Source: Octopus bimaculoides (taxonomy: Eukaryota). Taken from it: a DNA stretch of 61,416 bases. How positions within the stretch are numbered: the stretch's first letter is position 1; the number at the start of each line of letters is the position of its first letter. A program made the position numbers and the translations under genes. The notes below the pieces were generated by a model. It was given only the letters and a program-made list of their open reading frames with translations. It was not told where the DNA came from and did not search any database. Positions 13,011 through 24,984 of the stretch are shown here, piece after piece. The stretch is from positions 23,959,386 through 24,020,801 of the forward strand of contig NC_068985.1 in NCBI RefSeq assembly GCF_001194135.2, given 5' to 3'.

Positions 13011-13056
13011 TTTATTGCATTCGGTTATAGAAATCTCTATAACAGAATGCAATTAA
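13011..13056. other. Near-perfect hairpin (17 of 18 bp, 4-nt loop)
   Basis: ATTGCATTCGGTTATAGA-AATC-TCTATAACAGAATGCAAT, checked base by base. One G/A mismatch. Confidence 0.9.
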
Positions 13057-13064
13057 ATGCTCGC

Positions 13065-13103
13065 CTGATGATCCATGCCGGTTAGGCATCGAAATGCACT
13101 TGG
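13065..13103 (+). ncRNA. Decayed hammerhead-like motif
   Basis: CTGATGA-TCC-ATGCC/GGTTA/GGCAT-C-GAAA-TGCACTT. TGCA is the CpG-decay product of CGCG. Confidence 0.3.
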
Positions 13104-13199
13104 AACATCCAATACTGATTTCCAAATAATTACAATGATGAAACAAACGTAGAAACTAATGATCTATACCTGTGCTTATCTTAATTTTCCTCTCTATAT

Positions 13200-13320
13200 A
13201 AGCTTCTCTTCTGAGCGCCTTCTGCAGCGATGAGGGTTCATCTTGCATCTCAGCTAAAAATTTGTCAAGACTTTCTTTAAATATCCCCACATCTACACCT
13301 TTTCCTGTTATGACGGGCCA
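13200..13320 (-). pseudogene. CR1/L2-like LINE ORF2 C-terminal remnant
   Basis: The minus frame reads ITGKGVDVGIFKESLDKFLAEMQDEP, matching the FKxxLDxFL...DEP terminus of CR1-group ORF2 as recalled. Confidence 0.6.
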
Positions 13321-14023
13321 GTCACAGATTGTTATATCCAGTTAACTTGTAGATTCCAAGCAGTATGTCTCTCCAGGTGTGTAATTGTTGCTGTTAGTAT
13401 TTGTAAAAGGTCAATGCAGAAAAGATTTTATGCAATTATAAAATCTGTTAATTGTTCGTACACGTTAGTTACTTCTTCACGCAGCTCGAAAAAAATATTT
13501 TCATTCACCAGCAACGAGGATACAACAGTAGCTGCCGCAACTACCACCACGACAAACAACATCCGCGACAAATGTCTAGGTTATCTCCCTTCTTTTCTTA
13601 TCCGGAATGAGTTATTAAGATAAATTATTTATCATCATTAATGATGTAGTTTTAACTATTAAAAAATTCCTCAGCTCAGTACCAACGACTCTGCTGACAG
13701 GTTTTTATTATTCTTTTATTCTGTATTTGTTTCCGTCATTGGACTCTGTTCATGCCGGGACACCTTTTCGAAGAGTTAAGTCAAACCAATCAACCCCAGA
13801 ACATATTCCTTTGAAGTCCAGTATTTATTCTCTCGATCTCTGCCGAACACACTCGCACCATGATGACGTGAAGTGCGACTGGACTCTAAAATACGTAGTT
13901 GCGAAACAAACTTCTTTAACCTTACAGCCACGCTTGCCCCAATAGACTTGTCCTTGAGTGTTCGTCACGTATTAGTTTTTAGTCGTTTATAATTGTTCAT
14001 AGAAATACTGGCTTATGCTTATG

Positions 14024-14290
14024 TTATTGGTTTATAGTCACGCATGACTGGCTTTCAATGACTTATCATTCGTTCATAGTCATATTATTGGTTTATTGTA
14101 ATTTATCATTGGTTTATAATCACACGATTGATATATACCTACGTACCATTGGTTCATAGATATATTTGCTTATAGACTGATCATTGGTTTATAGTCAATT
14201 ATCATTGATTTATAGTTACATATGATCGATTTTTTGACACATTTATTTGATTCATAGTCACTTTATTAATCAATAGTCACATAGCATATC
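14024..14290. repeat. Degenerate ~21-bp minisatellite (ATCATTGGTTTATAGTCA core)
   Basis: Core at 14180-14197, a variant at 14201-14218, and further variants from 14024. The array resumes at 14741-14780. Confidence 0.75.
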
Positions 14291-14740
14291 TTTTATTTTT
14301 TACTTATTTCAGTTATTAGACTGTGGCCATGCTGGGGCACCTCCTGGAAAGGTTTTAAACAAACGAATCACTCCTAGTACTTAATTTTAAGCCCGATACG
14401 TATTCTATGGGTGCCTTTTGCAGAATCGATAGGATGCAGGAATGTAAACAAGCCAACATCGGTTGTCAAGCGGTGGTGGGGGCTAATACAGACACACACA
14501 TACATAGTTAGACATACGCACTCACAAACACACACACACGCACGCACACACACACACACACACATACNNNNNNNNNNNNNACACACACACACACACACAC
14601 ACACAGACGATGTGCTTCTTTCAGTTTCAGTCTACCAAATCCATTCAAAACGCATTTGTTGGTTCGGAGCTACAGTAGAACACAGCTGCCCAAGGCACCA
14701 CGCAGTGGGACTGAACCCGCAACCTTCTTACCACACACAC
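14291..14740 (-). mobile_element. SINE family A, older copy
   Basis: Reverse complement of the A head (GGGTTCAGTCCCACTGCGTGGTGCCTTGGGCAG), an internal (CA)n with a small gap, and the 3' end. Confidence 0.85.
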
Positions 14741-14943
14741 ACATCATTGATTTTAATGACATATCATTGGTTTATAGTCATAACAATGGTATAATATAAT
14801 TACATATGTAAGTTTATTATTGAAGTTACTTACCCCACTCTAATAGGACGTAGTTGTCATATCGTAGAGGGCACACCTGAAATAGAAGGGGAAAATGTAA
14901 TTAGTCAAATTATGAGAAAGCTTAAGCTATAAACAGCACCTTC

Positions 14944-14944
14944 A

Positions 14945-14982
<38 letters not shown>

Positions 14983-15320
14983 TTACTGCTGCTGCTGCTG
15001 CTGCTGAGAGAGTTTGATAAACGAAAAGAGAGAGAAAAGGATAGATGGGTAGGGAAATAAAGAAAAGCTGAGAGAGAGAGAGAGAGAGAGAGAGGGAGGT
15101 AGGCAGAGAAAGAGAGAGACACCCCGAGGAAGATAGATAGGGAAAGAGAGAGGCAGATAGACAAAAAGAGAGAACTGAGAGAGAGAGACAACTGGAGAGA
15201 TAGAGAGATAGAGAAAGGGAGAGGGGTAGGGAAAGAGAAAGGTTGAGAGACAAAAAAGGAGAGAATAGGATAGATAGGCAGGATGAGAGAAAAGCTGATA
15301 GGGAGAGAGAGAGAGAGAAC

Positions 15321-15399
<79 letters not shown>

Positions 15400-15406
15400 G
15401 GAAAGC

Positions 15407-15453
<47 letters not shown>

Positions 15454-15480
15454 CGAGTGAGAGAGAGAGAGAGAGGTGAT
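14944..15480. repeat. Compound (TAC)n/(CTG)n/(AG)n/(GATA)n polypurine region
   Basis: Directly visible simple repeats, including a long (GA)n at about 15323-15392. Confidence 0.9.
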
Positions 15481-16134
15481 GCAATCGATATTCGTTTAGT
15501 GGAAAGAGTGAAGAATAAGTTGAATAGAAAGTGGTGGGAGGGAATAAATGAAGACAAAATGTAGAAGAGTTGGAGGAGAGAATAACTGGCGATTAACCGA
15601 TGGGAATGATACGGTTGGTTAGTCAAAACTGAGTGTTCTTGGAATCGTCTTGTAAGGCCTAAAGAATTGGAACGGCTTTAAGGTTGCATTCCGTCTTTGA
15701 TGGCGACATATTAAATGACTAGGGAGAATTTTGACTGTTATATATATTCATCTGGATCTTAGGGAATGATGGGTAATGGATTGGGTGTAGCTAAGCTAAT
15801 AAGCTAATGAGTTGCTGCTGCTGTCTTCCTTCCGAGGACTAATTCTGTAACTACACCGATTGATATCAAATTTGAATTGAATCCACTGCCTGCAAGACAA
15901 CAGTCTGTGTGTGTGTGATGGGGAGAGAGAAAGAGAGAGAGAGAAATAGAGAGAGAGAGAGAGACAAAAGACACACACACACACACATACACACACACAC
16001 ACATACACACACATGCGCACCCCACTACGTACACACAGAGGTGAGGAGAGAGGGAGACAGGAAAAGAAAGATTGTGACACTGTCAGGCAAGTAGTGAGTT
16101 CGATTCCAATTAGATATTAATCAGACAAAAATAA

Positions 16135-16167
<33 letters not shown>

Positions 16168-16298
16168 CACGTGTGTATGTACGCATGCATATATGCATAA
16201 ACATACACAAACATGTATGCATGTATGCATATATATGTGTGTATGTCAAGAAGAACATAACATACATGAAGTTATGTGTGCACACATACATGCACGCA

Positions 16299-16350
<52 letters not shown>

Positions 16351-16909
16351 ACTTGCTCAACCAATCTATAGCTGCCATTAAGTAATTTGTTAACCAATTA
16401 TTTTATGATTGAATTACTTCATAATTAATTACATGGCTGTTTCATTCTTGGACATAGTGCAAAGCTTTTCCCACACAAAGGAAGGCTAGACTGAATGAAT
16501 TCTAGCGCTTCGTTGATATTTATTTATTTAAGGTTGTGCATATGCATATATGCATAAATACATTGAAATAAGTATTAATGAATATAAAATTATATGTTAC
16601 TGAATTCGAAAATCAAGTAGAAATCCGTTGTACTAAAGTATTAAAAGACAGAACAGATTTACTATTCGGCATATATTCTAATATTTTCCTGAGACTGACA
16701 CTGGATGACTTCAATGACAATCTGGATAGTATAAAATGAGATGTCTCATTTTGTTTTACAAGTGACAGCTTAGGCGTGCAGTTACCTGAAATATTTTGTG
16801 TTAGTAGATAGGGGTTAGACATGATGCTTATCTCTTTGATATTAAAAGAGCAGGGGAATAGAACCAGACCAATGGTTGGTGGTTGCTTGTAAAAAAATCT
16901 GTGCTTTTA

Positions 16910-17013
16910 GACTATGTATGTATGTATGTGTGTATGTATGTATGTATGTATGTATGTATGTATGTATGTATGTATGTGTGTTTGTGTGTTTGTGTGTTTG
17001 TGTGTGTATGTAA

Positions 17014-17044
<31 letters not shown>

Positions 17045-17062
17045 TGTATGTATGTATGTATG
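16910..17062. repeat. (TATG)n microsatellite
   Basis: Directly visible, with (TG) interruptions. Confidence 0.9.
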
Positions 17063-17173
17063 TTATTGTTTAGATTTATTTCAAGATTTCTTGCTAATAG
17101 AGAAATAGCCGGTTTCTAACCTAGATTCAAGGAACCTTCTTTGGAATTTCAACATTAACAGTAGGGTATTTTT
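17063..17173 (-). mobile_element. Second copy of the terminal ~110-bp unit of the RLE LINE 3' UTR
   Basis: 126-bp period relative to 17189-17299 (AGGGTATTTTT at 17163 and 17289). On the - strand it ends AATAAA...(CATA)n. Confidence 0.65.
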
Positions 17174-17185
17174 AATGTATGTATT

Positions 17186-17551
17186 TGTGTCATTATTCAG
17201 TTTATTTCGAGATTTCGTGCCAATAGAGAAAGGATCGGTTTCTAACCTAGTTCTAAGGCTTCTTCATTGGAATTTCAACACCAACAACAGGGTATTTTTG
17301 TATGTATGTATGTATGTATGTATGTATGTATGTATGTGTAGATTAGTATATTTTGTTTTATGTATGTCTTCTCATGCATATACTTTCATATCTAGACATG
17401 CTCATATACACTTAAATGATAAACTTCTGGAAAGTTTTGCAGATTTTTACAGTTCCAGTGATGGCTTGGATCTGTAGTCTTCGAATTATCTTTCCCCTTT
17501 CTGATTTTTGGTATTTAGGCAGTGTGTTACATATCCCAGTGCCCCAATTAT
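17186..17551 (-). mobile_element. 5'-truncated Dong/R4-like (RLE-type) non-LTR retrotransposon 3' end
   Basis: The minus strand encodes IIGALGYVTHCLNT, then after a frame change SERGKIIRRLQIQAITGTVKICKTFQKFII* (stop at 17412-14). This fits the xIGALG...LQxxA(I/L)xGT C-terminus of RLE elements. A 3' UTR with AATAAA and a (CATA)n tail follows. Confidence 0.7.
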
Positions 17552-17564
17552 GTATGTATGTATG

Positions 17565-17595
<31 letters not shown>

Positions 17596-17770
17596 TAATA
17601 CAAATGATATATAAGCATATGCATGTATACATACATATATGTACATATCTACATCTACATTTATATATAGATGCATATCGGACGTTAGAAAAATGAACGG
17701 GAACATAAAAACAAAACGGGCTTTTGTTTATAGACAACAGAACGAACACATAGGAAAACAAACAAGCCAC
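17596..17770. repeat. Interspersed repeat family F (copy 1)
   Basis: TAATACAAAT...GTACATA(T/C)CTACATCTACAT(T/G)TATATATAGATGCATATC is shared with 19442-19585 in the same orientation. Confidence 0.7.
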
Positions 17771-19400
17771 TTATGGAATTATGTATGTATGTATGTATGT
17801 ATGTATGCATGTATGTATGTATGTATGTAAGTATGTATGTATGTATGTATGTCCGTGTCTGTGTGTGTGTATGTATGTATGTATGTATGTATATAAGTAT
17901 GTATGTGTACATGTGTTTATATATAAACAATGATTTATATAAATATAAACTCGTTATTAGACCAAATATATTTGAGTTATCTTCTCAGTCGAACACTGGA
18001 AAGAGAAGTAACTGTAAACTGACTAAGAGTCTAGGTCTCTCTTATTAGGATCCAACACAAAATACTTTGGTGGGGCTAAGCGACCACCCGGTCATTGTAA
18101 AATACAGATTAGAAGCGTTAAGCGGTGATTTATACATATAAACTTGTTACCAGTTCAGATATGTATATATATGTATGCATGTGCGCATACGTTTTTCACA
18201 CACCGGGTTCAGTGTGATTTTATGGTATGTGAAGGAGCATGTGTAACCGAATAAAGAAATTCGCTTGGCGGTTAAGCTTTTCTCGTTTCTATCCCACTGC
18301 TTAGTTACGGAATTTTGTACAAGCGACTTCCTCCAAAACGTCAGGTTGAGTTTAACTTGGCAAGTGGAACTATATCACGCAAATTCTCTCTGAGTGGAGT
18401 ACGTTAGTCTGTGATATACACAGCCACTACAGTGTTAATGCAAAGAATTGGTCGTGTAACTGCAATAGCATCGTCGAAAACTATGGAGAAGCCATATACT
18501 TTTTTTAATGTAAATATAAATTTCAGATTTGGTACTGTATGTAATGATATGTATAAGTTTTCTTTCCTTCCCTGCATGACATATATATATATATATATAT
18601 ATNNNNNNNNNNNNNNNNNNNNNNNNNNNNNNNNNNNNNNNNNNNNNNNNNNNNNNNNNNNNNNNNNNNNNNNNNNNNNNNNNNNNNNNNNNNNNNNNNN
18701 NNNNNNNNNNNNNNNNNNNNNNNNNNNNNNNNNNNNNNNNNNNNNNNNNNNNNNNNNNNNNNNNNNNNNNNNNNNNNNNNNNNNNNNNNNNNNNNNNNNN
18801 NNNNNNNNNNNNNNNNNNNNNNNNNNNNNNNNNNNNNNNNNNNNNNNNNNNNNNNNNNNNNNNNNNNNNNNNNNNNNNNNNNNNNNNNNNNNNNNNNNNN
18901 NNNNNNNNNNNNNNNNNNNNNNNNNNNNNNNNNNNNNNNNNNNNNNNNNNNNNNNNNNNNNNNNNNNNNNNNNNNNNNNNNNNNNNNNNNNNNNNNNNNN
19001 NNNNNNNNNNNNNNNNNNNNNNNNNNNNNNNNNNNNNNNNNNNNNNNNNNNNNNNNNNNNNNNNNNNNNNNNNNNNNNNNNNNNNNNNNNNNNNNNNNNN
19101 NNNNNNNNNNNNNNNNNNNNNNNNNNNNNNNNNNNNNNNNNNNNNNNNNNNNNNNNNNNNNNNNNNNNNNNNNNNNNNNNNNNNNNNNNNNNNNNNNNNN
19201 NNNNNNNNNNNNNNNNNNNNNNNNNNNNNNNNNNNNNNNNNNNNNNNNNNNNNNNNNNNNNNNNNNNNNNNNNNNNNNNNNNNNNNNNNNNNNNNNNNNN
19301 NNNNNNNNNTATATATATATATATATACGAACATATATATACATACACATATGTCTGTGACTATTATGTAATACATTGGTAGATATATCCGGATTACACG

Positions 19401-19441
<41 letters not shown>

Positions 19442-19584
19442 TAATACAAATAATATGTGAGTATATGCATATATACTTACATGTATGTACATACCTACAT
19501 CTACATGTATATATAGATGCATATCTGAATACAGGACGCTACAAGAAAACGTAGACAAAATGAAAAACAGAACATAAACAGAGC

Positions 19585-19585
<1 letters not shown>
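19442..19585. repeat. Interspersed repeat family F (copy 2)
   Basis: Direct homologue of 17596-17720. Confidence 0.7.
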
Positions 19586-19629
<44 letters not shown>

Positions 19630-20117
19630 TTATATACACATACATATATAGGTGTACATAGATACACACGTACATACATACATATATGCATACATACATA
19701 CATACATACATACACGCGAGCACATACCTCTAGATCTATTTTTGCACACGTTCTAGTCTACACACCACAATATATGTCTCGGAGAAAAGATCAAAAGGAA
19801 AAATCAATTAACGAACCGCCATGATTGCACGACATGATGGCAATGGGAAGGTGGAGCTGCTCGGTGCAAAATCGTTTATTCATGCTCCACCGCACATTAT
19901 CGAATTGCAAAGTAAGCCAAGCGTGACCACTTAAACACGCCGATATTCTTCCAGCGTTGCCTTCTTAACCGGAGGCAAGCGTTCCTTTTAAATATAACTC
20001 CAGAATAAAATAGCTCAATGCCCGTTTTAGAAACGTTCGCTTTCCATTTCACTACCCTGCCTCCGCCCTCTGTCTTTCACAATTCCTCTACTCCGTCGAT
20101 ATCCATCCAATTAATTT

Positions 20118-20169
<52 letters not shown>

Positions 20170-20620
20170 CTTAGTTATCAGCTTCATTCATCTAGACTCC
20201 TAAAACACAATTCGATTTGCTTTCTTAGATCCATCCATCCATCCATCCATCCACCCATCCATCCATCCATCCATCCATCCATACATACATACATGCATAC
20301 ATGCATACGTGCATACATGCATGCATGCGTACGTACGTACAAATATATATATANNNNNNNNNNNNNNNNNNNNNNNNNNNNNNNNNNNNNNNNNNNNNNN
20401 NNNNNNNNNNNNNNNNNNNNNNNNNNNNNNNNNNNNNNNNNNNNNNNNNNNNNNNNNNNNNNNNNNNNNNNNNNNNNNNNNNNNNNNNNNNNNNNNNNNN
20501 NNNNNNNNNNNNNNNNNNNNNNNNNNNNNNNNNNNNNNNNNNNNNNNNNNNNNNNNNNNNNNNNNNNNNNNNNNNNNNNNNNNNNNNNNNNNNNNNNNNN
20601 NNNNNNNNNNNNNNNNNNNN

Positions 20621-20668
<48 letters not shown>

Positions 20669-23359
20669 AATGTATATATTATTACACTAGTACGTTCTTA
20701 CCTGTATACATTTTAGGTAACAACGAGGGGGAAGTAACTAGAATAGAGGGAAATGCAGGAGAAGAGAAATGAGGTCGAAGTGAGAGACAGACAGAGTGTG
20801 GTAGGGATAGTAAGAGGTACGGAATTGAAAATAGCGGATATTTAAAGATGAAACTGGAAGCGGGGAAGGAATTATGGTGACAGCGAAGTTAGTAAGGTCA
20901 TTTTATCTTTAGATATTTAATTTCTTATTTTTCCCCTTTCTTTCTCAATGCGCTTGTTGGAATTATACCTTAGTTTGTAAAATAAGATACAATAGCAAGA
21001 ACTGAAAAATGACATGATTTTCTTTATGTATGTATGTATGTATGTATGTATGTATATATACATATGCATATATATTCATTTACTCCTCTACGTGCTCAAG
21101 TTCAAATCTCTTGAGCACTACAAATGTTCGAAATGCCACTCTTTGGGATCGAATCTAGGTTTTCTGGGTTGTGAATGGTTTACCCAGGGTATCATCAATG
21201 TTACGTGGTACAACTAAGTTGTTCGCCGTTTTGGGGGTTGCTGCCTCAAGATCTTTCGCTTGCAGCACTTTTCATTTAGCAAACTTTCAAAATGCTTCTT
21301 TCAGTTGTTGATGCTCAGCATTGTAGAGAACCTATCATCGTGTGTATTCATGCACACACACACACACACACACGTATGTGTGTATACTTGCATATTTAAT
21401 GTCAGTATGCAGATCTCATAACAAAACTTTGTAGCATATATTGGTGTGCCATAGACTTAGTCTCTTATGATGAGTTAAGGGTGATATAAAGAACACTACG
21501 TAAATATTCTTAAATACATTTTCCGTTTCTTCGCATAAAGAAAACAAGCAGCAAATGTTAGCAACTCCTAAGGAAAAGGTGAAAATAATTTAAATAATCC
21601 GGTCTTAATCTCTCAAACTTACATGTTTTTAGAAAGGAAAATCTGAACTTTGCTTGCAGTTAAGGGATAACTTTCGACATGTTTCTGCCTATTAAACTTC
21701 ATAAGTATTTCATTGTCTACTTAAATCTGCGTGATTGGCAGACAGTTTTTTTTACAATTAAAAACATGTTTCAGATATGTTTTTGGTCAGTACAATTAGC
21801 ATAATTACAAACTAAAACGAGATAAGGAAAATAACTCAAATGAGCCATTGACATGGATTCGTTCAAATGAATATAACGGTGATGTATTTATTGCTATATT
21901 CAAATAAAAGAAAAATTCTTATTTCCAACTCTCCACTTAATTGGAAAAGGAAGAGCAAATCTGCGAGGCTTCACTGTAATTTCCAAAGAGAAAGGGATGA
22001 TAATATGTAGAAATTACGAATTAATCTCGAAGCTAATTTACATATCATATACATGGTTTAATTTCTATAGACAACTTTTTGACCTTCCTGCAGGAATACA
22101 AACGCTGGTGGCTGACGGTCAGCCAACATGCCTACGGATAAATCGCATTTAAACACTATTTAACAGGCATACTTGAGATTCATTCACTCATTTGTCAAAT
22201 CTGGACACCATTCATTTGAATAATTCAAACATTACACTTCAATTACGGTTTTCTCCACCTTACACTTTCTGGCTTCTTAATATTTTGAACAGAATCACCG
22301 TAAGTTCTCATGGTATTTTAACCTGGGGCTCAATCCAACCACTTTACTGATGTCTTCCTCTTGCTTACACTCAATTTCTAAGACCTGTTACTCCGATGAG
22401 AAATATTCTATAAAATCTTTATTTATCAATATATTCTACTTCTATGAAAAACAAAAATGCTAAAATAAATTTTCTGAAGGGCGATCTACTCAATGTGAAT
22501 AGAGCTTGAGGCCAAATAGTTATTCAGTTCAATAGATCGCAGATGGCGGCTGCAGTGATGTGTAAGTCTTATGATTCTTGTGCTAAGTTAGATTTAATCG
22601 TTCGATATATGAAGAAGCATGAAACTCTTCATGTACAAGGATATAATTTATTTGAAGCTAAACATAATGTTAACTTCGTCATACTATACCACAAACTGCT
22701 ACTTTCAGCACATTTTCATAGCAAAATAATTTAAGTTTAAAAATTTAGCTTTGTTTTGTCATTTTTAAGCTATATTTTATGAAGCTATAAAGAAGTGGAC
22801 TGATGAAACACGAGAAAATACTTGCAATTTTTCTACCAAAGCATATACAAACTTCTGCATCAGTGTTGTTGATGTTTCTATTTTACATGACAGTGCCTTC
22901 GCTATCGGCAGATCTCATGCCATATTTTTCACAACGTAATCTGAGACTCAAAACAAAACTGTTTTTATCTGCTTCAATGGCTCTATGGTTATGTAACTTG
23001 GACGCCATATCGACATTAAATATGTAGACTTGAAAGATTTTGTCAAGTAAAACCTGCACTTATTCTTGAATGTGAAATAGAATGAGTGTGTCAGAAACAA
23101 CGATACATAAGCAACAAAAAGATCCATGCGAGACTAGACCATTCTGAAAAACATCAACTGCTATGCTTACGATATATATAAAAGATGCTAGGTACAAAAA
23201 TGCCAATACAGATCTTGTACTCTAAATTTACAGACTACTGGCCAAAAGGAACGCCTAAGGAACGCGTTTGTGCTTAGTGCAATTTCTAAAATTCAACGAA
23301 ATTCCATTAGGGCGGAATAGCCACCCCCCTCATACTTCCAACTGTCAGTGTAATATATT

Positions 23360-23539
23360 CTTTTCTACTCTAGGCACAAGGCCCGAAATTTTGGGGGAAG
23401 GGGCTAGTCGATTAGATCAACATCAGTATGCAACTGGTACTTAATTTATCGACCCCAAAAGGATGAAATGCAAAGTTGACGTCGGCGGAATTTGAACTCA
23501 GAACGTAAAGGCATGCTAGCATTTCTGCCAGCTTGCTGC
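23360..23539 (-). mobile_element. SINE family B with 18-bp TSD and internal deletion
   Basis: TSD CTGTCAGTGTAATATATT (23342-59) / CTGTCATTGTTAAATATT (23540-57), 15 of 18 identical. About 30 bp of the head is missing. Confidence 0.9.
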
Positions 23540-24952
23540 CTGTCATTGTTAAATATTAGTTATCTTGTCGTATATTCATAAAAATATAACTAACATAATT
23601 TCTTTTGATTTAGAACGCAGTCAAAATTTTCACAGGAAGTTGTTGTTGGGGACCTAAATTAGATTTGCTTGAGCAGACTTATGATTAAAGGCATTCTAAC
23701 CATGATCACCCCTTATCTGATAGTTTATCACAGACAACATCCAATGCGCACTCCATACTTGTAAAGACGGTAGAGTTTGCCGATCTCCGATTATACTGTC
23801 GACAACATGCACCGACCCTTGGTGAGTACCTTTGTGAAATTCCTTAACTGTGTTGAGCAGAGTTACTGTGGGTTGGGATTTTCTAACAGGTTGCCTTTGT
23901 TGGAAACTTACACAGCAACGTCTTCACTTTCCGCTTCACTAGATTGGAACTGATCCCAGTTTACTGTCAACTTCTGTAGATGGTTCACTGCACACGACTG
24001 AAAAATCTGGTGTAATGATCACCAGAAAACGAAGTATTACCTGACCGAAGTTTTAGCCTCAACAAATGACAACGTAACTGTGGAAAATTTATGCAAATAT
24101 AAAGCACTGATGGTAAGGCCGGCCAAAATTGGTAGGATTGATTGAAAATAGAAACACGATTTATATCAATAGACATCTTGTGATTGATTAAAATAAAGCA
24201 AAGAAAAAATACGTAGACAAATTTACAACCCAAACTCAAAGACTTTTTCAAATATACACAGCTCACAGAAAATACCCTTATTAGGCACTGCAAACATAAA
24301 TACAAAATATCCACAAATCAAGAAACCGAAACAAAGCTCTGCAGATAAAAAAAATGGGACACAGAACTGTGTTGGGAAGCGCCATGAAAGCACGTGATAA
24401 GTATAAGACTATTGGAAACTATTATTCACTGTGGTTACCGTCGCTATCACTATCACCGCCTTCATCGTTACCAATACTATTTTCAACATCATCATCGTTG
24501 TTCTTGTTGTAGCCACCGTCATAACCATGATATTTTTTTTCTTTCCCCTTTTGTGGTTGTTTTCAGTTTTCTTTTCTTCCTCCTCTCAATGTGTTCTCCT
24601 CCTCCTCCTCCTGCTTTTCTGCTTCTCCTTATTTTCTTCTTCCTCCTCCAGTTGCCAACATACTTCAACGGCGCCGAAGAAAGAAGTCTGTAGGCGTTTG
24701 GATACTCTTCAATAGAATAGAAAATTTAACCCCTCCCACACTCCACGCTGCAACCACCACCAATATGCAGATATACATATTTTGTGTATGTGTGTGTGTG
24801 TGTTTGTGTGTATGAGTGTGTATGTGTCTCTATATATATTATATATATATATATATGTATGTATGTATGTATGTATATATGTATGTAAGTATGTATCTAT
24901 TTATCTATACATACATACATTCATAATACATTGTCACATATATTCACGCACG

Positions 24953-24984
<32 letters not shown>

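Noticed and set aside
16910-17340. CRISPR-like repeat-spacer array
   Set aside because: Eukaryotic context, only two 126-bp units, no unique spacers and no cas genes.
19838-19900. Pre-miRNA hairpin
   Set aside because: Only about 12 bp of interrupted stem with a 26-nt loop.
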